The position numbers were made by a program, and so were the translations under genes. A DNA stretch of 63,202 nucleotides, the filler included, from Pirum gemmata (Eukaryota): assembly GCA_002812295.1 (NCBI GenBank). It is 28 parts of 28 records of this genome, joined end to end, with 100 filler letters (N's around TTAATTAATTAA, not from the genome) between each part and the next. Parts side by side here need not be neighbours in the genome. Positions count along the whole stretch, not along the records: positions 61,112 to 63,202 come from PDIN01008256.1; 27 more parts are not named here. One strand, 5' to 3'. The notes beneath the pieces were generated by a model, which saw only the letters and a list, made by a program, of their open reading frames with translations, was not told the origin of the DNA and did not search any database. Of this stretch, positions 63,172 through 63,202 are shown in pieces. How positions within the stretch are numbered: position 1 is the stretch's first letter; every line of letters begins with the position of its first letter.

Positions 63172-63202
<31 letters not shown>

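Overview
This is not a contiguous locus. It is 28 unrelated short scaffolds (mostly ~2.0-2.2 kb) from a very AT-rich, microsatellite-laden eukaryotic draft assembly, joined by 27 artificial 100-bp linkers (N44-TTAATTAATTAA-N44), so gene neighbourhoods across linkers mean nothing. GT-AG introns with TACTAAC/TACTAAT branch points and abundant interstitial TTAGGG repeats point to a protist-type nuclear genome; a unicellular opisthokont such as an ichthyosporean is only a guess. Most ORFs in the track are microsatellite artefacts. Manual splicing gives real coding sequence: syntaxin-18/Ufe1 (5 exons), SCOT/OXCT1 (2 exons), a claudin/PMP22-like tetraspan protein, last exons of an SLC25 carrier, a twin-CX9C protein and a putative methyltransferase, four intronless secreted proteins (one HIT-like, one with ten 6-Cys repeats), an LRR pseudogene and a decayed LINE. 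Much intergenic and intronic DNA is a mosaic of MITE families. The most notable signals are: (1) a 24-bp palindromic micro-element with a perfect 7-bp TSD whose removal restores an LRR frame; (2) tandem 'echo' copies of splice junctions and gene ends beside five genes; (3) a signal-peptide HIT-like protein; (4) a virus- or plasmid-like scaffold with long inverted arms whose iteron-like hexamer differs systematically between arms; (5) a covarying stem-loop shared by a LINE 3' end and a B-box SINE-like element.
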